This document shows, piece after piece, positions 63,749 to 64,000 of a stretch of DNA of 64,000 bases (positions are counted from its first letter, which is position 1; every line of letters begins with the position of its first letter). Position numbers and translations under genes: made by a program. The notes under the pieces were generated by a model. It was not told the DNA's origin, did no database searches, and saw nothing but the letters and a program-made list of their open reading frames with translations. Source of the DNA: Spirochaetia bacterium (GTDB taxonomy: Bacteria > Spirochaetota > Spirochaetia > DSM-16054 > Sediminispirochaetaceae). The stretch lies in assembly GCA_034520965.1 (NCBI GenBank), contig JAXHMY010000003.1:416001-480000 (forward strand). Reading direction: 5' to 3'.

Positions 63749-63896
63749 GCACCGTAAGTATTACATACCCTTCTTCGTAACTCCTCAAAACACAATGCAC
63801 AGAAGAGGTGCATGCGGGAGAGGTGTATCTGTCGGAGCACGCACAACGACACACATCTTTTCTCCACTCTTCACTAAACCATGTTGGAGTACACGA

Positions 63897-64000
63897 ATGT
63901 TTCGGGAAAGAAAGAGTTATTGGAAATCGGTTCTAAAGAGCCAGGAGAAGATTGAGGAGTATGCTGTCGCTGTGCGTCACACTGACCGCCGCATCGGCGC
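63897..64000 (+). CDS. gatA: 5' end of probable amidotransferase subunit A, truncated by the window
   Basis: SD GGAG; MFRERKSYW...DRRIG; follows gatC. Confidence 0.6.
   Translation, partial: MFRERKSYWKSVLKSQEKIEEYAVAVRHTDRRIG

Noticed and set aside
1..64000. CRISPR array, tRNA, rRNA, transposase or integrase
   Set aside because: No regularly spaced repeats, RNA gene signatures or recombinase motifs were seen.

Overview
Chromosomal segment from an anaerobic, probably free-living spirochaete (Spirochaetaceae-like). This is inferred from spirochaetal-type lipoboxes, CheX, a clostridial-order rnf operon and the chemotaxis genes. Content: a REC-PAS kinase/NarL locus with an inverted AAA_14-DUF4143 gene in it; a lipase; rnfCDGEAB-rseC; tdh-kbl with two head-to-head XRE-cupin paralogues; an ATP-grasp/CocE pair; modAB; an MCP; carAB, guaA, purB and lnt; gcvH-PA-PB; alr-ald-agcS; hcpR/hcp; two back-to-back signalling operons; and gatC with the start of gatA. 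About 14 genes, including housekeeping guaA and purB, carry small indels, mostly in homopolymers, which are most likely long-read assembly errors. The top candidate for a new system is a 4-gene operon at 48645-52250: cheY-like, cheX, a membrane CheA-like kinase with no CheW domain but a periplasmic CxxCH heme-c sensor, and a cytochrome P460-family lipoprotein. It lies two small genes from hcp/hcpR and diverges from a chemosensory operon with an HD-GYP output, suggesting a receptor-free NO/hydroxylamine-sensing circuit. Other leads: a 40-bp hairpin element present twice, a shared operator motif for threonine/glycine/alanine catabolism, many apparently leaderless genes, an hppA remnant, a TcdC-like OB-fold protein and a cryptic Cys-rich small ORF. 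No rRNA, tRNA, CRISPR array or transposase was seen. All family assignments are by motif recognition; no database searches were run.
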